Virus record (IMG/VR): IMGVR_UViG_3300042673_002246
DNA length: 64,000 bases
DNA from: a virus
Reading direction: 5' to 3' (one strand)
Positions within the stretch are counted from its first letter, which is position 1, and the number at the start of each line of letters is the position of its first letter. This document shows, piece by piece, positions 8,301 through 17,152 of this stretch. The notes beneath the pieces were generated by a model. The model was not told the DNA's origin. It ran no database searches and saw only the letters and a list, made by a program, of their open reading frames with translations. The position numbers and the translations under genes were made by a program.

Positions 8301-11300
8301 GCAGAGAAACTCTCTACTCCTGCTCGCTGTTCGTTTGATAGGTAATTTTCCTCACTTACGACTGAATCGTAAATTTTACCTGAAGACAAACCGCGTATTT
8401 CATTAATTCTTTCCAACAAGCGATTATCTTCATTGATGTCATATTCTTCTGCAAGAATTTTACGAATTTTTCGTGCGTAGTTGTATCTCCTTCTAAATAA
8501 AGCACGAAGTTGTTTATCTTTTTCTTCATCACTTCTTCTAAGTGAGTTCGTACTAATATCCCGTATTGAGTCATATGCCAAAATAGGATTGTGAACTTCT
8601 ATTTCATAAGAATAAGTTGTACGCGTATTGCCATCTCTGTCTTTGACTTCTTTTTGTATATCCCTGAGTACGTATCCAAATTCTTTAATTGAATCATCAT
8701 CGCTAATCGCTTGAAATAAAATCCCACTGTCAGGTTTGAGTGAGGTCTCAATCCGCCCGCCATCATATTCAACTGCAGCTTTTGGAAGTTTGAATGTTTT
8801 TGGCTGAATTGCTCCGTCTTGCCCAGATGACAAGGAGTTGCGTTTATCTGGGTCATAACCCCACTCGAGCCATGAGTCACCGTTGGTGTAGATGTCTTTT
8901 GCTTTGACGCGTTTTTTGATTATTTCATAGTCCCCACGAAGAACTCCCTCACCGTGCTCAACTGCATACTGTCGTACGGGGGTCACCCAGTCACCTGGAT
9001 TTATTGATACAAGCTCAGATTCTTCCTGATTGCGTAGAGCATCTAGCTCAGATGCAAGTTTGTCGTAATAGTCGCTGTGATGGAGGTTTGTTGATACACC
9101 ACGAGGTACCCGACCATATTGGAGAATGTATTTCTGCTGTTTTTCGAGTCTTAGTATTTGCTCATCCCTCGATATCGGAACAGCCCTATACACGGTCACA
9201 TCGGCATTCGGTTTATTTCTGAAACGACGAACCACATCTACTGCGGCTGCGTCAAAACTGTCATTACCCGTTCCGTAGTAGCGGATACTTGAGGAGGAAT
9301 AAACATCATCTGGGTAAACACCAGTCAAATTGTGAAGTGGTGCTCCAGAATCTGCATCTGGGGCCATATGCATTCCTCTGTAGTCGCCATCATCTCCAGA
9401 TGAAAGACGGCGATACTCAGCGACATCTTGTTCGAATTTATCTACCGCTGCTGCAAATTTTGCATTATTTGAATTGAACTTTGCATCCCTTTTGTCTTTG
9501 TCCAAAACGTCAGTTGACCAACCATTAATGATGGCTCCATCGATAATCGCCGACATGACAAGACCGGTTGCTTCAGCATCTGCATCTGCCGTATGGTGTT
9601 TTTCACCTAAATCAACATTGAGGTATTTGGTTATGGCGGCAAGTCCATTGGACGGCTTCTTGTTCCCGTCTGCATCAAGAACGAATGGGCCGTCGTCTGT
9701 TTCTGGCGTCCAACGAGGAAGGGCCATATCTGAAATTTCTTTAGTGTCTAGGTAGCCCTTGGGTCTCCATGTAATGCCTGATTGAGATAGTGCCAGTTCG
9801 AGGACGTCTTTGTCAAATGATGCGTTTTGTACGCCGAATATTGCATCATCTCCAGCAAACTCGGCAAGTCGTTCATGTGCCTTTTTGATAGATGTTTGGG
9901 TTTTTAACCACTCATCTGTCAGCGGATTGCCATCTATGTCCTTGAGGTTCGCGCGAGACCATTCACCAAGAGATTCTTCTGGGTCCATGAAAATATTGAT
10001 GCTGTCAATTATTTTTCCGTCTTTCATCTTCACAGCACCAAACTGTGTTGGTTGGCCATTGGAAGAAGGTTTGCGGAATTCATCAAATACCAGACCAGTC
10101 GTCTCGTAATCAAAGAAAATTATTTCTCGATTTTTGTACTTGTCCTTAAATTCCTGCCATGTTTTAGCATCGCCAAATTCTTGCTCTGCTCCGCCAATAA
10201 AAGCACCGTATGTTGGTTTTCTAGGATAAGAAGGCCTGTCTGAGCCGCTAGACAAACGCTTTGAGTAGTCAATCGGTTCGTTTATGTCAGCTAGAAGCTC
10301 ATCAATGTCTACATATCCCCTTTCATCATGCATTTTGACAATTCTTGGAGTCATCGCAAACAATATGTCGTCATAATCAGTCTGGCTGAAACCCTGAGGC
10401 TTCGAGAGTCCGGCAATCGGCTTGTTTTTTCCTAGTACTTGCCACTCCCCACCAGGACCAAGGATGTCGGTAATGTCATGACCCCATTTTCCTACACCAA
10501 ACCATGATGTGCCTCTACGATGTCGTGCTGTTGCTAAATCCTGCAACCATAATGTGCGTATTTCCTTTATCATCGAGGAAAAGGCTTCAGTTGGATATCT
10601 GTCGAGATATCCAGAATATTTTGTAGCAGCTTGATACAGACCAGAGTGAGTAGACATAAAGTTCTTGTCATCACCAAGTGCAGCCAATACCGACTGCATC
10701 TCTGATGCTGCTTTTTCTTCGACTCCTAGATTTAACTCGACCTCACTGATAATCCCGTCAAGATTAAATGCATTGCCTTTTCTGGCATTTATGTCAGATA
10801 TTCTCAGGCTGTCACCAACTTCCCAGCCTTTTGTAAATTTATCGTCAGAAGCAAATGCCACGTACGGACTACCAATGATGTTCGCAATAGCTCTAACTTC
10901 GTCTTGATTCTCAATTACTGAAGACTCATCATTTGCGCGAAGCTTTTGCAATAATGAGCGATATGCTTTGACTTTGACTGACGTTGAAGCAAAATCACGG
11001 CGTAAATTTCGTGACTGTGTCTCATTTAGCTCGCGTGTATTACCTAGTATCTGTCCAGAGCCAATTCCTCCACCTTTTGTGCGTTCAGGTATGAATATTC
11101 CATCATCTAGTTCTGCTACTCCATGATGAATAAAGTACGCGTTAGTTGGTGTTGGTGAAATAAAAAGGTTATCTTGTTCTTGCTGACTCAGAGACCTTAT
11201 CGAATCAGCTTCGCTTTTAAGAACTGCAATTTTTTCTTTTGGTATTTCTTCAACATCTAGAACATTTTGTTCATCTCGTATTTTTTTGCGATTTTCTTCA

Positions 11301-12013
11301 AATTCTTGAATTCGTAGGCTTTCTTCAGCAAGATAAAGTTTTTCTTTTGCTTCCGTAACCCTACTTGACAGGGCTTTTTTAATTTCGCTTTCCCGTTGCG
11401 CAGGGTCGTTAATGTTTCTACTATCGAGGTCTTGCTCGATGAGTGCTACGTGTTCTTCACGTGTTTGATTTGCTGGATTTATTCCAGGTTTATCAATATC
11501 GATGGTGTCGACTGGCTCGTTGCTTCTTGAATTACCGCTAAGAACGACACCGTTATCTTTTCCTGTCCAATTCCCGGACCGCTCTAATTCGGCAATTGCA
11601 GCCCTTAGCCCTTCAACTCTTTTACGAGCCACAGCAACTCTTTCTTCTACTGGGCTGGTTTGTTCTGTTGTGTTTGCCTGCCCAGAAGAGAGTCGCACGG
11701 CTTGTCGAACCGCCTGGGTTTCATCGTTTGTGCCTATAAACCTTGGACGCGTTGTGCCCTCATCGACCCACCCGTCTGCATCCGGGTCGAAATTACTGCC
11801 GGTTGGTTTTCTGCTTCCTGGCACCCCTCCTGTTGGAACATCAATGTCTCCACGACGACGCCTACGTCCGCCTCCAACATTTGGCCTATCAATAAGACGA
11901 CTGCCCACATACGAGGCAAGGCGACGACCAATGGCCTTGGTTTCCTGCTCTAGCTCTCTACCTTTTCGGGAAAGCTCAAACGGAATCTCAAATTCCTCAT
12001 CTGCGTTAGACAT
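5396..12013 (-). CDS. Giant polyvalent protein A (2205 aa): leader, unknown module, DEDDh exonuclease, ART-like, unknown, GNAT, zincin and C-terminal module, separated by 7 LSSG linkers
   Basis: Long ORF; FFDYETTG...QNASFD...HTADAD (DEDDh); VYRAVP...INPGDWVT...EWG; RGNGIAS...WARNGF (GNAT); HEWGH...EAFAE (zincin). Confidence 0.85.
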   Translation of the reverse strand: MSNADEEFEIPFELSRKGRELEQETKAIGRRLASYVGSRLIDRPNVGGGRRRRRGDIDVPTGGVPGSRKPTGSNFDPDADGWVDEGTTRPRFIGTNDETQAVRQAVRLSSGQANTTEQTSPVEERVAVARKRVEGLRAAIAELERSGNWTGKDNGVVLSGNSRSNEPVDTIDIDKPGINPANQTREEHVALIEQDLDSRNINDPAQRESEIKKALSSRVTEAKEKLYLAEESLRIQEFEENRKKIRDEQNVLDVEEIPKEKIAVLKSEADSIRSLSQQEQDNLFISPTPTNAYFIHHGVAELDDGIFIPERTKGGGIGSGQILGNTRELNETQSRNLRRDFASTSVKVKAYRSLLQKLRANDESSVIENQDEVRAIANIIGSPYVAFASDDKFTKGWEVGDSLRISDINARKGNAFNLDGIISEVELNLGVEEKAASEMQSVLAALGDDKNFMSTHSGLYQAATKYSGYLDRYPTEAFSSMIKEIRTLWLQDLATARHRRGTSWFGVGKWGHDITDILGPGGEWQVLGKNKPIAGLSKPQGFSQTDYDDILFAMTPRIVKMHDERGYVDIDELLADINEPIDYSKRLSSGSDRPSYPRKPTYGAFIGGAEQEFGDAKTWQEFKDKYKNREIIFFDYETTGLVFDEFRKPSSNGQPTQFGAVKMKDGKIIDSINIFMDPEESLGEWSRANLKDIDGNPLTDEWLKTQTSIKKAHERLAEFAGDDAIFGVQNASFDKDVLELALSQSGITWRPKGYLDTKEISDMALPRWTPETDDGPFVLDADGNKKPSNGLAAITKYLNVDLGEKHHTADADAEATGLVMSAIIDGAIINGWSTDVLDKDKRDAKFNSNNAKFAAAVDKFEQDVAEYRRLSSGDDGDYRGMHMAPDADSGAPLHNLTGVYPDDVYSSSSIRYYGTGNDSFDAAAVDVVRRFRNKPNADVTVYRAVPISRDEQILRLEKQQKYILQYGRVPRGVSTNLHHSDYYDKLASELDALRNQEESELVSINPGDWVTPVRQYAVEHGEGVLRGDYEIIKKRVKAKDIYTNGDSWLEWGYDPDKRNSLSSGQDGAIQPKTFKLPKAAVEYDGGRIETSLKPDSGILFQAISDDDSIKEFGYVLRDIQKEVKDRDGNTRTTYSYEIEVHNPILAYDSIRDISTNSLRRSDEEKDKQLRALFRRRYNYARKIRKILAEEYDINEDNRLLERINEIRGLSSGKIYDSVVSEENYLSNEQRAGVESFSALMLNDELQKEDEWITKDDPRYSSFQKIQGIEYDVFEEEVLADSEERKALKESIKSAAKDMFSGEITTRNDVIVTATNGEKINLGRTFDVVVSPTDVVVQKMDEEEFEEASEALGVDGIMEGVKKRPSTSVSLKFTIETKDKDAVKRLTQAGIPRRERWDGIGDMEDFEKGQNEGQLVIADSIRTIVINGRNKIIVHDSLSVGAPARGNGIASIFNARNEAVYREIDAETILASAQSGKQGDYMGATHWARNGFTWASQGEQQKFIEVIDNAVNDSSRNWFTDEEKKRITSLYEKSKNGKFKTNATAEQLVDFEEADELFRAGEGVTILMKRDIKRKSQQSAPRTVVNRLLSRGGRKNRRTSNRLSSGGERPILKMNQPDIKAHQLKKYKYGDQSELGGNVRRSKSNWLKGMTPRQMSELLVPTSKEQYFEMLIDDFAPGGRDSEEYVKKFNAVHDEYFKNNPWDDIDFSPEAVEAVRNAVEQAVESNPKLKWAFETHGAPVFYMQTADASRAYESLPQVSSKLEQIKSVRGIGSKDPYVRARTTPFLNSVSFNRRLIIDRESNSLDTARENVTMDPTRLVTSRDNTIDKSIAGVITHEWGHWLHFRALKDVELAGKPKNRHYFGSGDPQDKRYAQALQVASEYNDVIMNPDMMARFSDGVDINSVTDSPMTLSSYGNTNKAEAFAEAVVAILHPNDKLKTYALNKKLREDVYSILFVDGNTEPWGNLAEKSQERNSSSAPRLSSGATVKKKRVKYSPEQIRQIASQVEVKYAETPEKRLLARKTLQKGFQGGFTVELDTMDDIKNGIAVARNKKGMIFPASADFTPDGEPTEELIDTFVAWLDFHGPEVFNNPSDGAERVAIGGWVDDGTLYLDVTDIYPTAQFLPRARDLGGQENQKAVTNLNVLWELLESGADDLSPAFIDTGGDGGQTITRETIERFRKALLAFESGDEGQPRLPIKNTKKKSS
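9410..10243 (-). other. DnaQ-like DEDDh 3'-5' exonuclease module within protein A
   Basis: Exo I DYETTG, Exo II NASFD, Exo III HTADAD, bounded on both sides by RLSSG. Confidence 0.85.
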
Positions 12014-12074
12014 CTACAAAATGATACCACTTACATAAAACTCAATAAAAATGAATTTACGTGGTGTTAAGACT

Positions 12075-12437
12075 TTACTGAAGTCTTGTGTTGCATTTTG
12101 TGCAGGTTACGGACCATGGATACCGCTTAACCATACTTGGCGGGTGCTGGCAATCCAGGGCTCGTGTGGCGCGCTCGTTAAGGCAGTTTCGTATCCACGC
12201 AGAAAGGGATAGTTGCTCCTCGGATGAGGCTTGTTTCCAGCGCTCTCTTTCTGCTTCTGTGGTTCGGATGAGAACGGACTTATCGATTGGGGCGTCGTCT
12301 TCTTTTGCAACAGGAGCAATAGTTGGACTGATTGTGTCAGCAACTTTTTTCATTGCCGCCATCATATTTGAAGCGCTTATATCTTCACTCGTCAAAATCT
12401 TTATCTGCTTCTTCACCGTAATCCTCCTCGGATTCAT
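12075..12437 (-). CDS. Ribbon-helix-helix-like regulator with C-terminal Zn-ribbon
   Basis: VLIRTTEAERERWKQAS...SLSAWIRNCL plus C.H...C..C; true start may be near 12365. Confidence 0.6.
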   Translation of the reverse strand: MNPRRITVKKQIKILTSEDISASNMMAAMKKVADTISPTIAPVAKEDDAPIDKSVLIRTTEAERERWKQASSEEQLSLSAWIRNCLNERATRALDCQHPPSMVKRYPWSVTCTKCNTRLQ

Positions 12438-13071
12438 CCAGACCTGAAAGCTCGACTAATTCGGCATCAATTATGTCCGAACTATCTGTCCCTAGAAGAG
12501 ACTTTACTGTACTTTCGGGCAACACGCCGGATATAGCCATCAGTTCCAAAAGTTTTTTTGCTTCGGACTCTGGGTCAAAACCAATCGCCGGTCTTTCAAC
12601 TCCTGGCTGGCCGGCAATAACTGCTCGTATATTCGTATTGTTGTTGACATCCATTTGCACATTGACGTTCGTCTGTTCCATGCCAAGGAGTTTTGTCCTC
12701 CTGTCCATGATTGATAAAACCTGCTGAATAGCCTTGAGGTCTGGCTCAATTTGAATTTCCGTGCCATCCTCCTGAACCTCCCTGCGATGTTGCGTCATTG
12801 GCCAAATCGCCTGCTGTAGGTTGTCCAGCCGCTCGAGCTCAAGCCGAAGAACTTCGGGGTAAGCAAGAATTGCTTCCTTGTTCATTTTTTCCAATTGGCG
12901 CTGAACTGAACGAGTGACAGATGATGTGGATACCCCGAATCTTCTGGCTATTTCCTGCACTGACGTTCCAGCCTGGCGCATCTTAAAGATGCGTATATCG
13001 CGCTCGTTCAGAAATTCACGAGTCGTTATCGGCTTTGTTTTATCATCACTCATGTTGTTGTCTTCATCCAC
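12385..13071 (-). CDS. HTH protein, putative terminase small subunit
   Basis: N-terminal HTH (AGTSVQEIARRFGVS), then LELERLD.L and AIQQVLSIMDRRTKLLG helices typical of actinophage TerS-like proteins. Confidence 0.6.
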   Translation of the reverse strand: MDEDNNMSDDKTKPITTREFLNERDIRIFKMRQAGTSVQEIARRFGVSTSSVTRSVQRQLEKMNKEAILAYPEVLRLELERLDNLQQAIWPMTQHRREVQEDGTEIQIEPDLKAIQQVLSIMDRRTKLLGMEQTNVNVQMDVNNNTNIRAVIAGQPGVERPAIGFDPESEAKKLLELMAISGVLPESTVKSLLGTDSSDIIDAELVELSGLDESEEDYGEEADKDFDE

Positions 13072-14846
13072 TCTATCACTTCGAATGGGAAGCGTTTTCC
13101 GCGTTTCATCTTCAGCGGCCAGTGGCGTTCATCGCGAGCACCTCTAAAGTGCTTAACGTCATAGACGTAATCGCCACCAGCAGTTGGGTCTGGTTGCAGG
13201 GACAAGCCAAATTCTGGCCAGCGCGACCAAACTGCAGAACCGAATGGACGCAAATCCCTTGACGTAGAACTTGTACCAAGTGGGGCATGGTGCTCAATCC
13301 ATAGAGCGCAACCATAAACAACGCGAATTGTGTCCAAGTATTTAGCCACTTCAATGGCGATTGATTCAGAAGTTCTCCCACCTGGGTCAAGAAATGCCTT
13401 ATATAGCGGCCCTATCACGAGAAGCTGTGGCCTAACTTGGTCTAGCGCATCTTCAAGGATTGCCCTGTCTGCTGCCTTGAGCAAGTCCATTCCTGATGGT
13501 TTGGAAAGCAGGTGTGCGTCGATGCTGTCAGTTCCTGCGTGGGACATGGCCTGGAGAGCAATTGAGCGTGATGTTCTTCGGATGATTCGTTCTGGGTTTT
13601 CTAGGTCAACGGTAAGCGTTGTGATTCTTGGCATTTGCTGAAAAGAAAAAGGATTTATTCCAGCAGCCGTAAGAATTCCAACCTGACGTGCAAGCATGGT
13701 TTTACCAACACCTTCTGCGGCTACGACTATCACTCTTTCGCTTTTTTCTAATAACCCAGGAATAACCCATTCATATGTGTCGCCAGTGGTTTCACTAAGA
13801 AATTCATTCCACTGAACAAGACGACCAGTATCCAGAACAAAGGACACAGTTGAAGAAGCAATGATTAGATTGCTCTTTGCAATTTTTTGTTTTGCATTTA
13901 GGTCGGTTCGCGCAATCAGTTCGCTTAGCTTCTCAATTGCGGCATCTTCTGGAGTTTGGGGCGACTCAACTTCAACCTCTTCAAAATCAATTTGCTCAAA
14001 ATCTTGATTTTCCGCGTCCTCGAAAATTGGCAGCAATCCATCGATTGAGCCACCACTCGACATGTGGTCAGTAATATCCTTGTGTGATGGGCAAACCCAT
14101 GCCTGCGCGCTGCATCCAGCTGCAGAAAGTGTCTCCACTACTTCATTGGCGTGTTTTACCCCAATTTCATCATTGTCGGCGATGACCTCTACAACGGCTC
14201 CAGCCAGTGCCTCTGTGTGGATGTCGAGCCATTTACCAGCACCGCCAGGCATTGTTGTTGCAACAATCCCCATGTCAATGAGCGTGTTGGCATCCTTTTC
14301 CCCCTCAACAACCCAAATTGGCACACCATTTTTCTTGGCTTCAAGAACTGCTGGCAAATTGTAAAGAACTTTCGGCGTATCGCCGAGAGCATAAACCCAG
14401 CCATTTCGCCCATCTGGCTTTCTCTGACTGAATGACTTCTTGCCATTTTCATCGACGTATCTAACTTTTTGAAATAGCAACTGATGATTTTCATCAACAA
14501 AGTCATACGACTCGACAAAAGTCAACTTCGGTTTCTGTGTGGGTATTGGTTTTTTTTCTGTCTTTATTGGCTTGTCTGTTGCAGCATTTCTGATGACGGG
14601 TTTTGAATCCTGCGGCATTAAGTCCGAAACGCGCAAACCAACCGAACTGCAAATTTCATCAACATTGCACGACATTGCGCGGTGGCAAGTAACTAGAACA
14701 CGGCCGTCGTTCCCCTCCGAGACAGATAAGGACGGGTTTGAGTCGTCGTTTCTGCACGGACAGCGAGCAACCCATCCGGTGCTTGTTTTACGGACGCCAT
14801 CAAGCAGTCCGAGAAAATTTTCTACTGGGTCGGATATTTGGGTCAT
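13050..14846 (-). CDS. DNA primase-helicase (Zn-binding + TOPRIM + RecA/AAA helicase)
   Basis: ARCPC.NDD.NPSLSV...CH; VVEGEKDA and ADND TOPRIM motifs; Walker A AAEGVGKT. Confidence 0.9.
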   Translation of the reverse strand: MTQISDPVENFLGLLDGVRKTSTGWVARCPCRNDDSNPSLSVSEGNDGRVLVTCHRAMSCNVDEICSSVGLRVSDLMPQDSKPVIRNAATDKPIKTEKKPIPTQKPKLTFVESYDFVDENHQLLFQKVRYVDENGKKSFSQRKPDGRNGWVYALGDTPKVLYNLPAVLEAKKNGVPIWVVEGEKDANTLIDMGIVATTMPGGAGKWLDIHTEALAGAVVEVIADNDEIGVKHANEVVETLSAAGCSAQAWVCPSHKDITDHMSSGGSIDGLLPIFEDAENQDFEQIDFEEVEVESPQTPEDAAIEKLSELIARTDLNAKQKIAKSNLIIASSTVSFVLDTGRLVQWNEFLSETTGDTYEWVIPGLLEKSERVIVVAAEGVGKTMLARQVGILTAAGINPFSFQQMPRITTLTVDLENPERIIRRTSRSIALQAMSHAGTDSIDAHLLSKPSGMDLLKAADRAILEDALDQVRPQLLVIGPLYKAFLDPGGRTSESIAIEVAKYLDTIRVVYGCALWIEHHAPLGTSSTSRDLRPFGSAVWSRWPEFGLSLQPDPTAGGDYVYDVKHFRGARDERHWPLKMKRGKRFPFEVIEWMKTTT

Positions 14847-14850
14847 TTGG

Positions 14851-15219
14851 TCACTTGAGATTCATTCCTGGAATAAGAATTATCGGTTCACGCGGAACCA
14901 ATTGTATTTTCATTCTACGTCGCAAAGTCTTCCGTTGTCGCTCGGTTGTACCAGCCCAGATACCGTACTTTTCGTGGTAAATGCTGTATGCAAAACACTG
15001 TTCTATTTTTGCGCATTCATTGCAAATTTCAATAGCGAGCTTGGTGTTGTCTCGAGACTCGATATAGCTTTCCTTGAAATCATCGCTCTCTCGGTCAGCG
15101 TGTGGAAAGAAAATGTTTGGGCTGTAATTTTTGCATGCGCCATCAGTCGGCGGTCTATCCACTCGTACTGGAATTTCACTTTGCGTATATGGATAGCTTG
15201 GCACTGTTCCCCCAATCAT
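14851..15219 (-). CDS. whiB: WhiB-family Fe-S transcription factor
   Basis: AC...FFP...AIEICNEC....QC...YGIWAGTTERQR. Confidence 0.9.
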   Translation of the reverse strand: MIGGTVPSYPYTQSEIPVRVDRPPTDGACKNYSPNIFFPHADRESDDFKESYIESRDNTKLAIEICNECAKIEQCFAYSIYHEKYGIWAGTTERQRKTLRRRMKIQLVPREPIILIPGMNLK

Positions 15220-15244
15220 GAACTATAAATTGATGGGAGTGATG

Positions 15245-15655
15245 TTAGCGGGTGTCAACCAATCTTGTCACGTCTCTGGCGGAAAGAAATATTGTCGCAC
15301 TGCGAATAACCAGTTGACCAGATATATCTTCTGAAAGAACATCTACAGCGTCTACGGGAATCGAGAATCTTGTTGCTAGCGCGGCTCGCGTGCGTTCAAT
15401 TTTTACTTCGTCGTCAGCAAGGGCTTCATCTTCGGTTCTTATCACCCGAGGTCCGACGAGCGCGCGAATCTCACTGGCTTTTTGTTCAGCGCGCAAACAC
15501 CACGCACAAGCTAATTCTCCAGTTGATGCTGCACGTTTACGTATCTCAGTATGACCACATACTAGGACGTGATGATACGAAACATGACCCCAAGCACCGA
15601 CTCTTTTTATTTCGGCTATTTTGCGTCTTGGTGAGCGCCTACGCTCGGATGTCAT
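15245..15655 (-). CDS. Hypothetical protein with Zn-ribbon (CGH...CAWC)
   Basis: 136-aa ORF in a minus-strand run. Confidence 0.6.
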   Translation of the reverse strand: MTSERRRSPRRKIAEIKRVGAWGHVSYHHVLVCGHTEIRKRAASTGELACAWCLRAEQKASEIRALVGPRVIRTEDEALADDEVKIERTRAALATRFSIPVDAVDVLSEDISGQLVIRSATIFLSARDVTRLVDTR

Positions 15656-15673
15656 TAAGACTCGGTCTGAAAA

Positions 15674-15961
15674 TTATTTAAAAAGCTTTCGCAAGAAGCT
15701 CTTTAGCCAATTTTTTGCCTTAGTTGTATCGACTTCAACCTTGTCTGGAACTGACTGTTCAATTTTTTCTTCAATGGCATCCCATGCCTTCATGAATTCA
15801 TCTGTGTCAGCAAGATACGAGGAGGCAGAATCCTTTATCTTGACTGCAGCTTTCGATGCTGACGTCTTTTTCGCCGCAGGCTTTTTGGCTGCTGGCTTTT
15901 TCTTGGCCGGAGCCTTCTTAGCTGCGGCTTTTTTTGCTGTTGGTTTTTTGTTCGTTGTCAT
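15674..15961 (-). CDS. Histone H1-like Lys/Ala/Pro-rich protein
   Basis: Repeated (P)AAKK/PAKK units at the N-terminus. Confidence 0.7.
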   Translation of the reverse strand: MTTNKKPTAKKAAAKKAPAKKKPAAKKPAAKKTSASKAAVKIKDSASSYLADTDEFMKAWDAIEEKIEQSVPDKVEVDTTKAKNWLKSFLRKLFK

Positions 15962-16063
15962 GGAACAGACTCTAGTGCATAAATCGAGTCCGCGGTGAAA
16001 GGGGTATTTTATTCAAAAAACATATTTACGGTTCAACTTTTTAATAATGATTAGTATTTCGAT

Positions 16064-16702
16064 GTGGAGCAATACGTTGACGATTTCGGCAAGATGGCCT
16101 TAGCCCTGACGTCGGCCCAGTTGGCTAAAGATGTTGCCATTTCCGAGCACGGAATCGGAGAGGACGTGGCTACACACTTTCTTGGATGGTCTCCAAAGTA
16201 CTTAATGCTTATTGCCCAGATGAAGCAGTCTGTCACCAATCTCCCACACGAAATAAAATTTGAAAAGTGTAAAGAATTATGCGAGTTAATGCGAAAATAC
16301 TGGGGTATTGCGTCGCTGACGATGGTGGCTGAGGGGTACTGCTCCTACGACGCAGCACAGACCAAAGGGTCCAGTCTTGCAGCCGCATTCGTGGACAGGG
16401 ACAACTCTGTGTCTGAGTGCATAACGATAAGCCATGCCTCTATTGACGATTCAGACTCGGTAACGCCGGTTTCGATGGTCGCCGCACCATATTCCGTTTC
16501 AATAGGTAAAAAAGTTGATTGGGCAGAAATGCTCTTTTACCCAGAAAAAGCAGACAAATACCTAAAACAGGCGAAATATCCGCAGATGATAAGAAATTCG
16601 TTAATGGGGAACGTGGTCGATGAAGTGAGCCAGGGGCAAATCATGCGGGTTAGGGATGAAATAGACGAACTTGGCTTTTTAATTCAAGATTTTACTGTTT
16701 AA
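16064..16702 (+). CDS. Hypothetical protein
   Basis: 212-aa ORF. Confidence 0.65.
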   Translation: MEQYVDDFGKMALALTSAQLAKDVAISEHGIGEDVATHFLGWSPKYLMLIAQMKQSVTNLPHEIKFEKCKELCELMRKYWGIASLTMVAEGYCSYDAAQTKGSSLAAAFVDRDNSVSECITISHASIDDSDSVTPVSMVAAPYSVSIGKKVDWAEMLFYPEKADKYLKQAKYPQMIRNSLMGNVVDEVSQGQIMRVRDEIDELGFLIQDFTV

Positions 16703-16724
16703 ATATTAGGTATAATTAAATATT

Positions 16725-17054
16725 ATGGGAGCTTTTTACGATAGTCCTGCATTTGGAGACGGCTCCAAGGGGGAAGTAGAAATAATTGCAGGCGTAAAGA
16801 TTCACCGAGCGAGCCGTCAACCATGCCCAGTTTGTGGTCATCCGACCGGTGATTGTAGTGGAGAATCTGGGCCACCAAAAACTATTTTTGGTTACAACAC
16901 GAATTCATCACTAGATGACAATTTGACTTTTTATGTTGAAGAAGATTATGTTGAGGAACACGAAATAGCACCAGGCGTTACAACGAAAACAATAATTTAT
17001 CGAGCTGGACAACACATTCCATTAAATACAGCAAAAGAGCTCGGACTAATTTAA
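16725..17054 (+). CDS. Hypothetical protein with CPVCGHPTGDC motif
   Basis: 109-aa ORF; TATAAT at 16711-16716 just upstream (possibly leaderless). Confidence 0.65.
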   Translation: MGAFYDSPAFGDGSKGEVEIIAGVKIHRASRQPCPVCGHPTGDCSGESGPPKTIFGYNTNSSLDDNLTFYVEEDYVEEHEIAPGVTTKTIIYRAGQHIPLNTAKELGLI

Positions 17055-17152
17055 TTTTTTCCACGACGCTGGACCATTTCAGTATTTTTTTTTCGGCTAC
17101 ACTCTTTTCTCTTATACGCTCACCGCACCACACAGTAAGGAATTAAATTAAA

